Positions 1 to 13,060 of a DNA stretch of 33,267 bases are shown here, one piece after another. Numbering within the stretch: position 1 is the stretch's first letter; each line of letters starts with the position of its first letter. Under the pieces are notes generated by a model, which had not been told where the DNA came from, did no database searches, and saw only the letters and a program-made list of their open reading frames with translations. A program made the translations under genes and the position numbers. The stretch comes from Hydrurus foetidus (lineage: Eukaryota). Location of the stretch: positions 1 through 33,267 of the forward strand of contig UYFQ01000106.1 of assembly GCA_900617105.1 (NCBI GenBank), written 5' to 3'.

Positions 1-406
1 GATTTACAGCAAGGTGGCTCAAGGAATGAGCAGGAAGGATCACGCAATTAATATTCGTAGCGATTGCGATGGTGTCAGACTTTGTGATAATGCATGTGTT
101 AAGGGTAGTGTCGAATTTAACATTACCAATTTAGCAAGCAAGATGATTGATTTGACTAATTGTTTTTATTTTGACTTGTATAAGTAGGGGAAGAAAGTGA
201 ATAAAATTAAATAAAGTGTTATAGTAGGGGGCAAACCCACATTCTAAATGCCGTCCTCACATAATAACTTCGGTTATGCTTCTTTGAGTGGGAAAAATGT
301 GGTCTAGCCTCAGACGTGTCCTCAAAGTTGGAGAATTCCAGCGTGAGATTGATGGAGCGATTTTGAAGGTAAGTTTTACTTGTATTGTTTTGGAATCATA
401 TTGGAC

Positions 407-467
407 ATGTTGTTTTTGTTGAGGTAGTCGTGTATATTATACACGACTACCTCAACAAAAACAACAT
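407..467. repeat. Perfect inverted repeat (30-bp arms, 1-nt loop) at the satellite's left boundary
   Basis: ATGTTGTTTTTGTTGAGGTAGTCGTGTATA (407-436), T (437), TATACACGACTACCTCAACAAAAACAACAT (438-467) are exact reverse complements. The final AACAT is shared with the first satellite monomer. Confidence 0.95.
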
Positions 468-3400
468 ATAATAATAATCGTACTACTACAACTAATAGCT
501 GCATTTGGCTCCATTTTATGTGATCTATCGCATCAATGATGCGTCATAGGATGATTCGATGAGTGCGAAATGATATTACTGGTTCAAAACAACTGCAGTA
601 AAGTACCGCAGTATTCGTCTAAAACACCCTTAGAATACAGCCAAATGTTGAACTACTATCAAACAAGATATAAAACTGCGATGTATATACATCATGATCA
701 TGGAAATAAAGTGGAGTCGATGAACTCGATGTATTACAAAAGTTATTAACTTTATAAAGCCACAATACAGTGAGTATATTTGTGTAGGTAAGAGTTAATG
801 GAAATAAGTGTAAAACATATAATAATAATCGTATTACTACAACTAATAGCTGCATTTGGCTCCATTTTATGTGATCTATCGCATCAATGATGTGGCATGG
901 GATGATTCGATGAGTGCGAAATGATATTACTGGTTCAAAACAACTGCAGTAAAGTACCGCAGTATTCGTCTAAAACACCCTTAGAATACAGCCAAATGTT
1001 GAACTACTATCAAACAAGATATAAAACTGCTATGTATATGTATTATGATCATGGAAATAAAGTGGAGTCGATGAACTCGATGTATTACAAAAGTTATTAA
1101 CTTTATAAAGCCATAATACAGTGAGTATATGTGTGTAGGTAAGAGTTAATGGAAATAAGTGTAAAACATATAATAATAATCGTATTACTACAACTAATAG
1201 CTGCATTTGGCTCCATATTGTGTGATCTATCGCATGAATGATGCGTCATGGGATGATTCGATGAGTGCGAAATGATATTACTGGTTCAAAACAACTGCAG
1301 TAAAGTACCGCAGTATTCGTCTAAAACACCGTTAGAATACAGCCAAATGTTGAACTACTATCAAACAAGATATAAAACTGCTATGTATATGTATTATGAT
1401 CATGGAAATAAAGTGGGGTCGATGAACTCGATGTATTACAAAAGTTATTAACTTTATAAAGCCATAATACAGTGAGTATATGTGTGTAGGTAAGAGTTAA
1501 TGGAAATAAGTGTAAAACATATAATAATAATCGTATTATTACGACTAATAGCTGCATTTGGCTCCATATTATGTGATCTATCGCATCAATGATGCGTCAT
1601 GGGATGATTCGATGAGTGCGAAATGATATTACTGGTTCAAAACAACTGCAGTAAAGTACCGCAGTATTCGTCTAAAACACCGTTAGAATATAGCCAAATG
1701 TTGAACTACTATCAAACAAGATATAAAACTGCTATGTATATGTATTATGATCATGGAAATAAAGTGGAGTCGATGAACTCGATGTATTACAAAAGTTATT
1801 AACTTTATAAAGCCATAATACAGTGAGTATATGTGTGTAGGTAAGAGTTAATGGAAATAAGTGTAAAACATATAATAATAATCGTATTACTACAACTAAT
1901 AGCTGCATTTGGCTCCATTTATGTGATCTATCGCATCAATGATGCGTCATAGGATGATTCGATGAGTGCGAAATGATATTACTGGTTCAAAACAACTGCA
2001 GTAAAGTACCGCAGTATTCGTCTAAAACACCTTAGAATACAGCCAAATGTTGAACTACTATCAAACAAGATATGAAACTGCTATGTATATGTATTATGAT
2101 CATGGAAATAAAGTGGAGTCGATGAACTCGATGTATTACAAAAGTTATTAACTTTATAAAGCCATAATACAGTGAGTATATGTGTGTAGGTAAGAGTTAA
2201 TGGAAATAAGTGTAAAACATATAATAATAATCGTATTACTACAACTAATAGCTGCATTTGGCTCCATTATGTGATCTATCGATCAATCTATCGCATCAAT
2301 GATGCGTCATGGGATGATTCGATGAGTGCGAAATGATATTACTGGTTCAAAACAACTGCAGTAAAGTACCGCAGTATTCGTCTAAAACACCGTTAGAATA
2401 CAGCCAAATGTTGAACTACTATCAAACAAGATATAAAACTGCTATGTATATGTATTATGATCATGGAAATAAAGTGGGGTCGATGAACTCGATGTATTAC
2501 AAAAGTTATTAACTTTATAAAGCCATAATACAGTGAGTATATGTGTGTAGGTAAGAGTTAATGGAAATAAGTGTAAAACATATAATAATAATCGTATTAC
2601 TACAACTAATAGCTGCATTTGGCTCCATATTGTGTGATCTATCGCATCAATGATGCGTCATGGATGATTCGATGAGTGCGAAATGATATTACTGGTTCAA
2701 AACAACTGCAGTAAAGTACAGCAGTATTCATCTAAAACACCGTTAGAATACAGCCAAATGTTGAACTACTATCAAACATGATATAAAACTGCTATGTATA
2801 TGTATTATGATCATGGAAATGAAGTGGAGTCGATGAACTCGATGTATTACAAAAGTTATTAACTTTATAAAGCCATAATACAGTGAGTATATGTGTGTAG
2901 GTAAGAGTTAATGGAAATAAGTGTAAAACATATAATAATAATCGTATTACTACAACTAATAGCTGCATTTGGCTCCATATTGTGTGATCTATCGCATGAA
3001 TGATGTGTCATGGGATGATTCGACGAGTGTGACATGATATTACTGATTCAAAACAACTGCACTAAAGTACAGTAGTATTCGTCTAAAACACCGTTAATAT
3101 ACAGCCAAATGTTGAACTACTATCAAACAAGATATAAAACTGCTATGTGTATGTATTATGATCATGGAAATTAAGTGGGGTCGATGAACTCGATGTATTA
3201 CAAAAGTTATTAGCTTTATAAAGCCATAATACAGTGAGTATATGAGTGTAGGTGAGAGTTAATGGAAATAAGTGTAAAACATACAATAATAATCGTATTA
3301 CTACGACTAATAGCTGGATTTGGTTTCACTTTGTGTGATATATTGCAGGAATGATGTGTCATGGGATGATTCGACGAGTGTGACATGATATTACTGATTC

Positions 3401-6400
3401 AAAACAACTGCACTAAAGTACAGTAGTATTCGACTAAAACACCGCTAATATGTAGTCAAATGTTTGACTACTATCAAACAAGATATAAAACTGCTATGTG
3501 TATGTATTATGATCATGGAAATTAAGTGGGGTCGATGAACTCGATGTATTACAAAAGTTATTAGCTTTATGAAGCCATAATATTGTGAGTATATGTGTGT
3601 AGGTAAGAGTTAATGGAAATAAGTGTAAAACATATAATAATAATCGTATTACTACAACTAATAGCTGCATTTGGCTCCATTTTATGTGATCTATCGCATC
3701 AATGATGCGTCATGGGATGATTCGATGAGTGCGAAATGATATTACTGGTTCAAAACAACTGCAGTAAAGTACCGCAGTATTCGTCTAAAACACCCTTAGA
3801 ATACAGCCAAATGTTGAACTACTATCAAACAAGATATAAAACTGCTATGTATATGTATCATGATCATGGAAATAAAGTGGGGTCGATGAACTCGATGTAT
3901 TACAAAAGTTATTAACTTTATAAAGCCATAATACAGTGAGTATATGTGTGTAGGTAAGAGTTAATGGAAATAAGTGTAAAACATATAATAATAATCGTAC
4001 TACTACAACTAATAGCTGCATTTGGCTCCATTTTATGTGATCTATCGCATCAATGATGCGTCATAGGATGATTCGATGAGTGCGAAATGATATTACTGGT
4101 TCAAAACAACTGCAGTAAAGTACCGCAGTATTCGTCTAAAACACCCTTAGAATACAGCCAAATGTTGAACTACTATCAAACAAGATATAAAACTGCTATG
4201 TATATGTATTATGATCATGGAAATAAAGTGGAGTCGATGAACTCGATGTATTACAAAAGTTATTAACTTTATAAAGCCACAATACAGTGAGTATATTTGT
4301 GTAGGTAAGAGTTAATGGAAATAAGTGTAAAACATATAATAATAATCGTACTACTACAACTAATAGCTGCATTTGGCTCCATTTTATGTGATCTATCGCA
4401 TCAATCTATCGCATCAATGATGCGTCATAGGATGATTCGATGAGTGCGAAATGATATTACTGGTTCAAAACAACTGCAGTAAAGTACCGCAGTATTCGTC
4501 TAAAACACCCTTAGAATACAGCCAAATGTTGAACTACTATCAAACAAGATATAAAACTGCGATGTATATACATCATGATCATGGAAATAAAGTGGAGTCG
4601 ATGAACTCGATGTATTACAAAAGTTATTAACTTTATAAAGCCACAATACAGTGAGTATATTTGTGTAGGTAAGAGTTAATGGAAATAAGTGTAAAACATA
4701 TAATAATAATCGTACTACTACAACTAATAGCTGCATTTGGCTCCATTTTATGTGATCTATCGCATCAATGATGCGTCATAGGATGATTCGATGAGTGCGA
4801 AATGATATTACTGGTTCAAAACAACTGCAGTAAAGTACCGCAGTATTCGTCTAAAACACCTTAGAATACAGCCAAATGTTGAACTACTATCAAACAAGAT
4901 ATAAAACTGCGATGTATATACATCATGATCATGGAAATAAAGTGGAGTCGATGAACTCGATGTATTACAAAAGTTATTAACTTTATAAAGCCACAATACA
5001 GTGAGTATATGTGTGTAGGTAAGAGTTAATGGAAATAAGTGTAAAACATATAATAATAATCGTATTACTACAACTAATAGCTGCATTTGGCTCCATTTTA
5101 TGTGATCTATCGCATGAATGATGTGTCATGGGATGATTCGATGAGTGCGAAATGATATTACTGGTTCAAAACAACTGCAGTAAAGTACCGCAGTATTCGT
5201 CTAAAACACCCTTAGAATACAGCCAAATGTTGAACTACTATCAAACAAGATATAAAACTGCGATGTATATACATCATGATCATGGAAATAAAGTGGAGTC
5301 GATGAACTCGATGTATTACAAAAGTTATTAACTTTATAAAGCCACAATACAGTGAGTATATTTGTGTAGGTAAGAGTTAATGGAAATAAGTGTAAAACAT
5401 ATAATAATAATCGTACTACTACAACTAATAGCTGCATTTGGCTCCATTTTATGTGATCTATCGCATCAATGATGCGTCATAGGATGATTCGATGAGTGCG
5501 AAATGATATTACTGGTTCAAAACAACTGCAGTAAAGTACCGCAGTATTCGTCTAAAACACCCTTAGAATACAGCCAAATGTTGAACTACTATCAAACAAG
5601 ATATAAAACTGCGATGTATATACATCATGATCATGGAAATGAAGTGGAGTCGATGAACTCGATGTATTAAAAGTTATTAACTTTATAAAGCCACAATACA
5701 GTGAGTATATTTGTGTAGGTAAGAGTTAATGGAAATAAGTGTAAAACATATAATAATAATCGTACTACTACAACTAATAGCTGCATTTGGCTCCATTTTA
5801 TGTGATCTATCGCATCAATGATGCGTCATAGGATGATTCGATGAGTGCGAAATGATATTACTGGTTCAAAACAACTGCAGTAAAGTACCGCAGTATTCGT
5901 CTAAAACACCCTTAGAATACAGCCAAATGTTGAACTACTATCAAACAAGATATAAAACTGCGATGTATATACATCATGATCATGGAAATAAAGTGGAGTC
6001 GATGAACTCGATGTATTACAAAAGTTATTAACTTTATAAAGCCACAATACAGTGAGTATATTTGTGTAGGTAAGAGTTAATGGAAATAAGTGTAAAACAT
6101 ATAATAATAATCGTACTACTACAACTAATAGCTGCATTTGGCTCCATTTTATGTGATCTATCGCATCAATGATGCGTCATAGGATGATTCGATGAGTGCG
6201 AAATGATATTACTGGTTCAAAACAACTGCAGTAAAGTACCGCAGTATTCGTCTAAAACACCCTTAGAATACAGCCAAATGTTGAACTACTATCAAACAAG
6301 ATATAAAACTGCGATGTATATACATCATGATCATGGAAATAAAGTGGAGTCGATGAACTCGATGTATTACAAAAGTTATTAACTTTATAAAGCCACAATA

Positions 6401-7748
6401 CAGTGAGTATATTTGTGTAGGTAAGAGTTAATGGAAATAAGTGTAAAACATATAATAATAATCGTACTACTACAACTAATAGCTGCATTTGGCTCCATTT
6501 TATGTGATCTATCGCATCAATCTATCGCATCAATGATGCGTCATAGGATGATTCGATGAGTGCGAAATGATATTACTGGTTCAAAACAACTGCAGTAAAG
6601 TACCGCAGTATTCGTCTAAAACACCCTTAGAATACAGCCAAATGTTGAACTACTATCAAACAAGATATAAAACTGCGATGTATATACATCATGATCATGG
6701 AAATAAAGTGGAGTCGATGAACTCGATGTATTACAAAAGTTATTAACTTTATAAAGCCACAATACAGTGAGTATATTTGTGTAGGTAAGAGTTAATGGAA
6801 ATAAGTGTAAAACATATAATAATAATCGTACTACTACAACTAATAGCTGCATTTGGCTCCATTTTATGTGATCTATCGCATCAATGATGCGTCATAGGAT
6901 GATTCGATGAGTGCGAAATGATATTACTGGTTCAAAACAACTGCAGTAAAGTACCGCAGTATTCGTCTAAAACACCCTTAGAATACAGCCAAATGTTGAA
7001 CTACTATCAAACAAGATATAAAACTGCGATGTATATACATCATGATCATGGAAATAAAGTGGAGTCGATGAACTCGATGTATTACAAAAGTTATTAACTT
7101 TATAAAGCCACAATACAGTGAGTATATTTGTGTAGGTAAGAGTTAATGGAAATAAGTGTAAAACATATAATAATAATCGTACTACTACAACTAATAGCTG
7201 CATTTGGCTCCATTTTATGTGATCTATCGCATCAATGATGCGTCATAGGATGATTCGATGAGTGCGAAATGATATTACTGGTTCAAAACAACTGCAGTAA
7301 AGTACCGCAGTATTCGTCTAAAACACCCTTAGAATACAGCCAAATGTTGAACTACTATCAAACAAGATATAAAACTGCGATGTATATACATCATGATCAT
7401 GGAAATAAAGTGGAGTCGATGAACTCGATGTATTACAAAAGTTATTAACTTTATAAAGCCACAATACAGTGAGTATATTTGTGTAGGTAAGAGTTAATGG
7501 AAATAAGTGTAAAACATATAATAATAATCGTACTACTACAACTAATAGCTGCATTTGGCTCCATATTATGTGATCTATCGCATCAATGATGCGTCATAGG
7601 ATGATTCGATGAGTGCGAAATGATATTACTGGTTCAAAACAACTGCAGTAAAGTACCGCAGTATTCGTCTAAAACACCCTTAGAATACAGCCAAATGTTG
7701 AACTACTATCAAACAAGATATAAAACTGCGATGTATATATATTATGAT
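463..7748. repeat. Tandem satellite, 351-bp AT-rich monomer, about 20.7 copies
   Basis: The marker GCTGCAT recurs ending at 504, 855, 1206, 1557, 1908, 2257, 2618, 2968, 3319 (variant GCTGGAT), 3670, 4021, 4372, 4736, 5086, 5437, 5786, 6137, 6488, 6852, 7203 and 7554. Spacing is 349-351 bp, or 361-364 bp where a 12-13-bp duplication is present. Confidence 0.98.
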
Positions 7749-8028
7749 AATTGTCTTGGTGGATTCGGTCGTGACAAGCACTGCGCGGCCATCAGCCCTA
7801 TCAAGGTCAGATGGTTCTATTTATGACTGATCTTATTTCATCAGAAAAAAATGTACTTTTAAATGCATTTTTGAGCTTCTCACAACCAGGTTACCCACTC
7901 CTCGAAGTTTCACCAGGTAAAAGTCTAATCTTCACTGAGAAACTGGACATTTTACCCTAAAGTTGCCTGAGAATACCGGGTTACAGCCAAAAAGTGCCCG
8001 GGGCACCCTGGGCAAATCTCGCCAAAGC
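7749..8028. other. Unassigned 280-bp segment, possibly a DNA-transposon end remnant
   Basis: Neither satellite nor Gypsy coding sequence. It carries three ACC(A/G)GGT(T/A)A repeats (~7885, ~7912, ~7975) and a GTGCCC-G-GGGCAC dyad (7994-8006), and abuts the truncated Gypsy-1 chromodomain. Confidence 0.25.
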
Positions 8029-11011
8029 CTAGTGTATAACCGACACTTTTTTCATTTCAGCCCATGGTTCCCATGAATCATATTCAAAGGAATAATTGAA
8101 CCAGCGTATTAGGATATTTTATCGGTATTTCCACGGTGAGTAATGACTGAGTCGACAATGAATTCATCACGATCAAGTAGTGCTGCTGTTTGCGCATCGG
8201 TTGTAGAACCAATGAATGGCATTACTCTGCTCGAGTGAAGTTTTGATGTGATGTTGGTGACGACATGTTTGCAGCTGATGTCATTTTTTGTCTGTTTTAT
8301 GACTTCGTAGGGTCTAAGTAGTTTTGGAGATAGCTTACTGGAGTCTCTAACGGATTCCATAAGATAAAATCTCCAGGTTGGTATGTGTTGTGCGAAGTAG
8401 GAGGCGTGTTGAATTGACGTTTGCTGCGTAGTGATTGTTGGTATAAATTTATTATTGATCGCACAATTGCTAGGTTGCGATCAAGAGCTGATACGAGATC
8501 ACAATACGTGTGTCCTGGTTGTAGTGGCGGAGGTAGTTTGAAACGTGCATGATCTCACGTGCCGAACTTGAGTTCGACGGGAGACAGGCCTCCTATTTCT
8601 GTGTTTGGCATTGTCATAAGCGCATGATTGATTAGGTGTAGAACAGTGTCTGAATCCCATTGATTCATAAATCTTTCATCGTGTACTAATCGACGTAAAT
8701 GTCCCATAAAGAGAGCATTAACGTGCTCTGTACCGTTTCACTCATGACGTCCAACGAGTGATATTCTGTGTGGAATACCAATCCATTGATTAAGATGGAG
8801 CAGTATTTCAGCAGTGAAGGCGCTACCGGGATCGGAGTACAGTGAGTCGTAGGATCCGAAGGTGCAGTAGTGTTTGAAGAGTACGACGGCTACTGTTTTA
8901 GCCGTGTAATCTTTTATGAGGTAAGCTTGAGGGAACTTGGTATCGAGTTCTACGACAAGAAGTAGACCGATATAATCATCTTCGTCGTGTGGAGTGACCG
9001 TGACGTGATCGATGCCAATAGAACGAGGATGATGGAATAGAGTCTCTCGGATCTCGTTGTTGGGAATGGTTTGAATGGGGAGTCGATCTTTTTGACATGT
9101 AGGACATTCAGACACAAGATCTTGAACTACACGTAGAGGGATACCATGTCCAGGAAATTGTCGACAGAGAGCGAGGTAAGTACGTTTTGCACCGTGGTGT
9201 AGTGAGCGACCACCGTGAAGAGCACTGAACATGTTCTTGATAGTTAAGGGTGTCGAGATGGCAGACAAAGATGGTTGTGTTGTAGGCAGAGGGTACATGC
9301 ATGATAGCCAATCTGCAACAGTATTATTCTTGCCCGGTATGTGTTTGACGTCAAAGATAAAGCTTTGCAGAAGTACGCGCCAGCGAACTGCGATCGGATT
9401 TGGCTGGTTTCAATCCAGACAAGGTTACGGTGGTCGGTTTCCATGAGGAACGGTTTACCACGTAGATAGTAATTAAATTGAGTGACCGGATAATACAGCG
9501 CATACGCTTCTTGCTTGAAGATGTCCCAATTGACGGCAGCTCCAGAGTATTTGTGTGAGGCGAACGCGATTGGTTGGTGTATGATGGCGCCTGTAGAGTC
9601 TGTGTACTCTTGAAACAGAACAGCACCGACAGCATGGTTGGAAGAGTCGGATCGAATGATACACGGTAGTGAATAATCTGGGAAATGTAGTGTGACTGAC
9701 TCAGTAATGGCTGTTTTGAAGACTTCGAACAGATGTTTGTAGTCGGTTGTCCATGTCGAGCTGTCCCAGTTGAAGCCAGCGGTAGTGCACTCATACAAGG
9801 CGGATGCCCATGAAGCGTAATTGGGAATGTGAGTATGAAAGAAGTTTGCAGCTCCTAGAAAGCTTTGCATTTGTTTTTGCGTCGTTGGAAAAATCATGGA
9901 TGCAATAGCAGTTTTGCGTGCATCGAAGAGCTGCCATGAGCCGGGGCGAACTTCGTACCCGAAGAAAGTAACAACGTCTGTACCCATCCAAGATTTCTTC
10001 ATCTTTAAGACCAGTCCATGTTTTTGGCAGCGGAGTAGTACTTTCTCAAGTTTACAGAGAGCGTCTTCGTAGTCCGAGGCAAGAACTAAGGAGTTGCCAA
10101 AAATGACAATAGTCCATTCGTCGAAGTCTGAGAAGATATGGTGAACGATGGACTGTAGAATACCGGATGCCGGACCAACTCCTTCGGGAGGGAATTTTGG
10201 TCGGAATAGTCCCCATGGCGTGGATACAGAGAGAAGATTGGAACTGAAGTCCTCGATGGGTATTTGGTGAAATGAGTTTGTCATATCAAGATCCACGAAG
10301 ATTTTTTAACCAGTGGCTTTTGCAAGGGACTGTTGGACATGCGTTATTGGTTCTTGGGGGATGCTAATAAATGGATTAATTGGGCGATAGTCGCCGTAGA
10401 GCCGTATGAGTGGTGTAGTTGATTTGGGTGCTATGACAAGCGGACAAGCTATTGAAGATGTTGATGGCTCGTAGAAGTACGTACGCATTCGATCAAACTC
10501 ATTTTTTGCGTCTTGATATAGGGTTTCTCGAACAGGGTGAGCTCGTGCTTTAAGGAAGTCTGGTATTCCTGGTTTAACATCTAGATGGTATAGTACCATG
10601 TCAATTCCTTTCCACGTACGTGGAACGAAGACATCGTAGGCGAGTTCTGATTGAAGGAATTGCATGATTGCTGGACAAGCAGAGCGGATACCAGGAGTAA
10701 CGTGTGTAGTCAGATCTGAGTCATAGATGGCACGAGCTTCTTCAGGAGTAGTTGTAAGGTAGGCAAGAATGTCGTCGGGAAAACTGGTTGGGTCGGGAGT
10801 ATTCAGCTCTTCAGGTGCTAGAGAGTCGATTGGTTTAGACCAGGGTTTTATGATGTCACCAGGTTCTGGGGAGCAGAGTAGAGCAGTCAACATGTTGTAT
10901 TGAGTTTCAACACGGTTGTCAGCGAATACGTGTCCTAGGCGGGGATGGGCGAGGATATCAGTGATTGTTCCATCTTTCAGTGCTAGGAGATGTACGTGCG
11001 TGTTGGCACTA
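8029..11011 (-). pseudogene. pol: Gypsy-1 pol portion: RT, RNase H, integrase, chromodomain (disrupted)
   Basis: ORFs 11091-10306 (IACPLVIAPK...GDYRPIN), 10296-9244 (DLDMTNSFHQIP; PEGVGPAS), 9298-8738 (integrase zinc finger and core) and 8360-8109, plus a frameshifted chromodomain tail ending at TAG 8031-8029. Confidence 0.9.
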
Positions 11012-13060
11012 ACGTAGTGTCTGGATGGCTCATAACAGGATAGCTCATAATCTTCGTCAAAAGTGGTGAGTGCTGGTCCGGATGATCTCATTATTTTATT
11101 TCTAGAATTATGAGGGCATCCGATTATGAGGACATTAGTCAGAGAGATTTTCCGTTGGTTGCTTCTCTCCGCTCAAAATGAGTGCCCAGCGGGCAATGGA
11201 TATGCGCAAGTTTTTCAGCTCCGTCACAAAAAAAGGAAGCCAACATGCATGTCCAAAGGTTTTATGATGATGAGAAACCACAAAAAATTGCAGAGGCGCA
11301 ACAGAATTTAAGGAAAGAAATTGCAGATGAAAAAGAAGCAATAAAATCAGCAGCACGTAAGAGAAGGAATTATTTTATCGCTGGAGGTCCAGCAGATGAT
11401 AGAAGAACAGAGGAAGAAATTGTCCAGGATCAGATAGATTCTGTGGCCGAAGATATCCCAGATCTCATCTCTCCACCAGCCGAGCGAGTGAAAAGGCACA
11501 AAAGGCCTCCCAATTGGGAAGATATTGCGAGTGAAGCGCAGATCTACGGTAACAGACAAGCTGTGAAAAGTACCCCTAAAGAGTTTTTGGGTATTTCGGA
11601 AACAGCAGTATATCAGCGATTGAACCTATGGAAGAAGGATTTTGAGAGTATGGAAGAAGGATTTTGAGAGTAAGAGAGATCTTACAGTTATTTCAAAAGT
11701 AAGGGTCGCATCATACGGCACTGAGATTGACCTCAAATTACTAGCTGATTGTGAGAGCAGCAGATCTTGTGGATTATCGATAGACGACGTGATTCTACGA
11801 CGTTTTCTGAAGGTTCCCCTCATTGAGGCTGGCAAGGAGGGGCTGATGAGAGAAAACGGTGGATCTCACGACTACGGACATTCATGGGCCATGCGATTTT
11901 ACAGGAGGCACAATCTGGTGCTGAGAGTCTGTACCACGAAGATGAGGGAACTGCCGATGGACTTCGAAGCTAAAAAAGCAATCTACATGAGAATCGGTGC
12001 TGATCTGATATTCAGACACAACGTTCCACCAGAACTAGTCATCAATGGCGACGAGACGGCAGTTCAATTCGTGAATCGCGCTAGAACTACAAGATGCGCG
12101 AAGGGAGTCAAACGAGTGAAGATACTCGGCATGGGCGATGATAAGGCACAGATCACAACAACAATATTTGTTACGGAGGCCGGGAACGTACTACCGTAAC
12201 AAATGATCTTCGCCGGGAAGACAGCCCGCTGCCACCCGTCATCAATTAGACCTGAAGAGTGTCTGTGGACTCACACTACTAACCATTGGCAGTCAGTCCA
12301 GACCTATCTCGAGGTCATCGAGAAAATAATTGTTCCGTATAAGAACAACATGATCCGGACTCTAGGACTTCCTGCTAATCAAGCAACTATTCTGAAGCAC
12401 GATCTACACTTCACGCACAAGGATGTCAGCGTACTGGCGTATTTGAAGGCCAACTTTATGTACCCCTTGTTCGTCCCAGCTTGCTGTACAGATGCTATCC
12501 AAGAGTGTGACGTCGTCGTCAACAAGCCCTTCAAAGTAGCGGTGCGCAGCGCATACAGGGATCATCTCGACAGTTTGTTTCAAGTGCACAAAGCCAAAGG
12601 CTTCGCAGTGACCACCTTCGCCCCAAAGTTGACCATGGGTGCACTGAAGCCATTCATAACAGGCTTTGTACAGAAAGGCATAGAAGCTCTTAGGACGCCG
12701 GAGATGATATCGTGTATCAAAATTTGTTTCGCTGAAGACGGCTGCTTTAGGCAGATGAGATCAGAGTAGATGCAGTTGACTGCTCAGTTCGAGCAAGCTC
12801 AAATTGTTGATTACCCTGCTATTGATGAAGATGTCGAGAATCATGAAATTGCTGATGAGTAAGGTGCAATATCGGATGGTGAAGTCAACAGCGATGACGA
12901 GTAGCTTTGATATGCGTTTTATTTCTATTTTAAGATAATTGTAACCGTTTGTATGTACTTCGAGTACTATTTTTGAAACTGTATAGTGCAGGTCCGGATA
13001 GTGTCATAATAAAAGAACGATTATGAGGACAAAAGGTTATGAGCCATCCGGACACTACGT
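11012..13060 (+). mobile_element. pogo-like (Tc1/mariner superfamily) DNA transposon, 2049 bp, TA target-site duplication
   Basis: 25-bp TIRs ACGTAGTGTC(T/C)GGATGGCTCATAAC at 11012-11036 and 13036-13060 (1 mismatch), flanked by TA at 11010-11011 and 13061-13062. Subterminal repeats GATTATGAGGACA and AGTGC(T/A)GGTCCGGAT occur near both ends. Removing the element and one TA restores the Gypsy-1 frame (NVMCN|SANTH). Confidence 0.95.
11178..12904 (+). pseudogene. pogo-like DD35D transposase, disrupted
   Basis: CENP-B-like HTH region (SWAMRFYRRHNL) and catalytic motifs INGDET, KHD, QECDVVVNKPFK, with 35 residues between the last two Asp. Likely ATG at 11178. Broken by an A-run frameshift (~11230), a 22-bp tandem duplication (11627-11670) and stops at 12197, 12767 and ~12860. 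Confidence 0.88.

Noticed and set aside
2..187. Stop-free frame at the window start (IYSKVAQG...FDLYK*) and a GTAAG donor-like site at ~369
   Set aside because: Could be a gene tail, but it is short, has no motif, and cannot be supported without upstream sequence.
619..7554. Repeated 78-aa minus-strand ORF (and a 59-aa plus-strand ORF, MILLVQNN...) in the satellite, read as a tandem gene array
   Set aside because: The minus ORF is broken in about half the monomers and the plus ORF in the diverged or indel-bearing ones. Neither has a recognisable motif, so they are best explained as incidental frames. Expression data could reopen this.
463..7748. CRISPR-like or cassette array
   Set aside because: Monomers are contiguous and near-identical, with no unique spacers.
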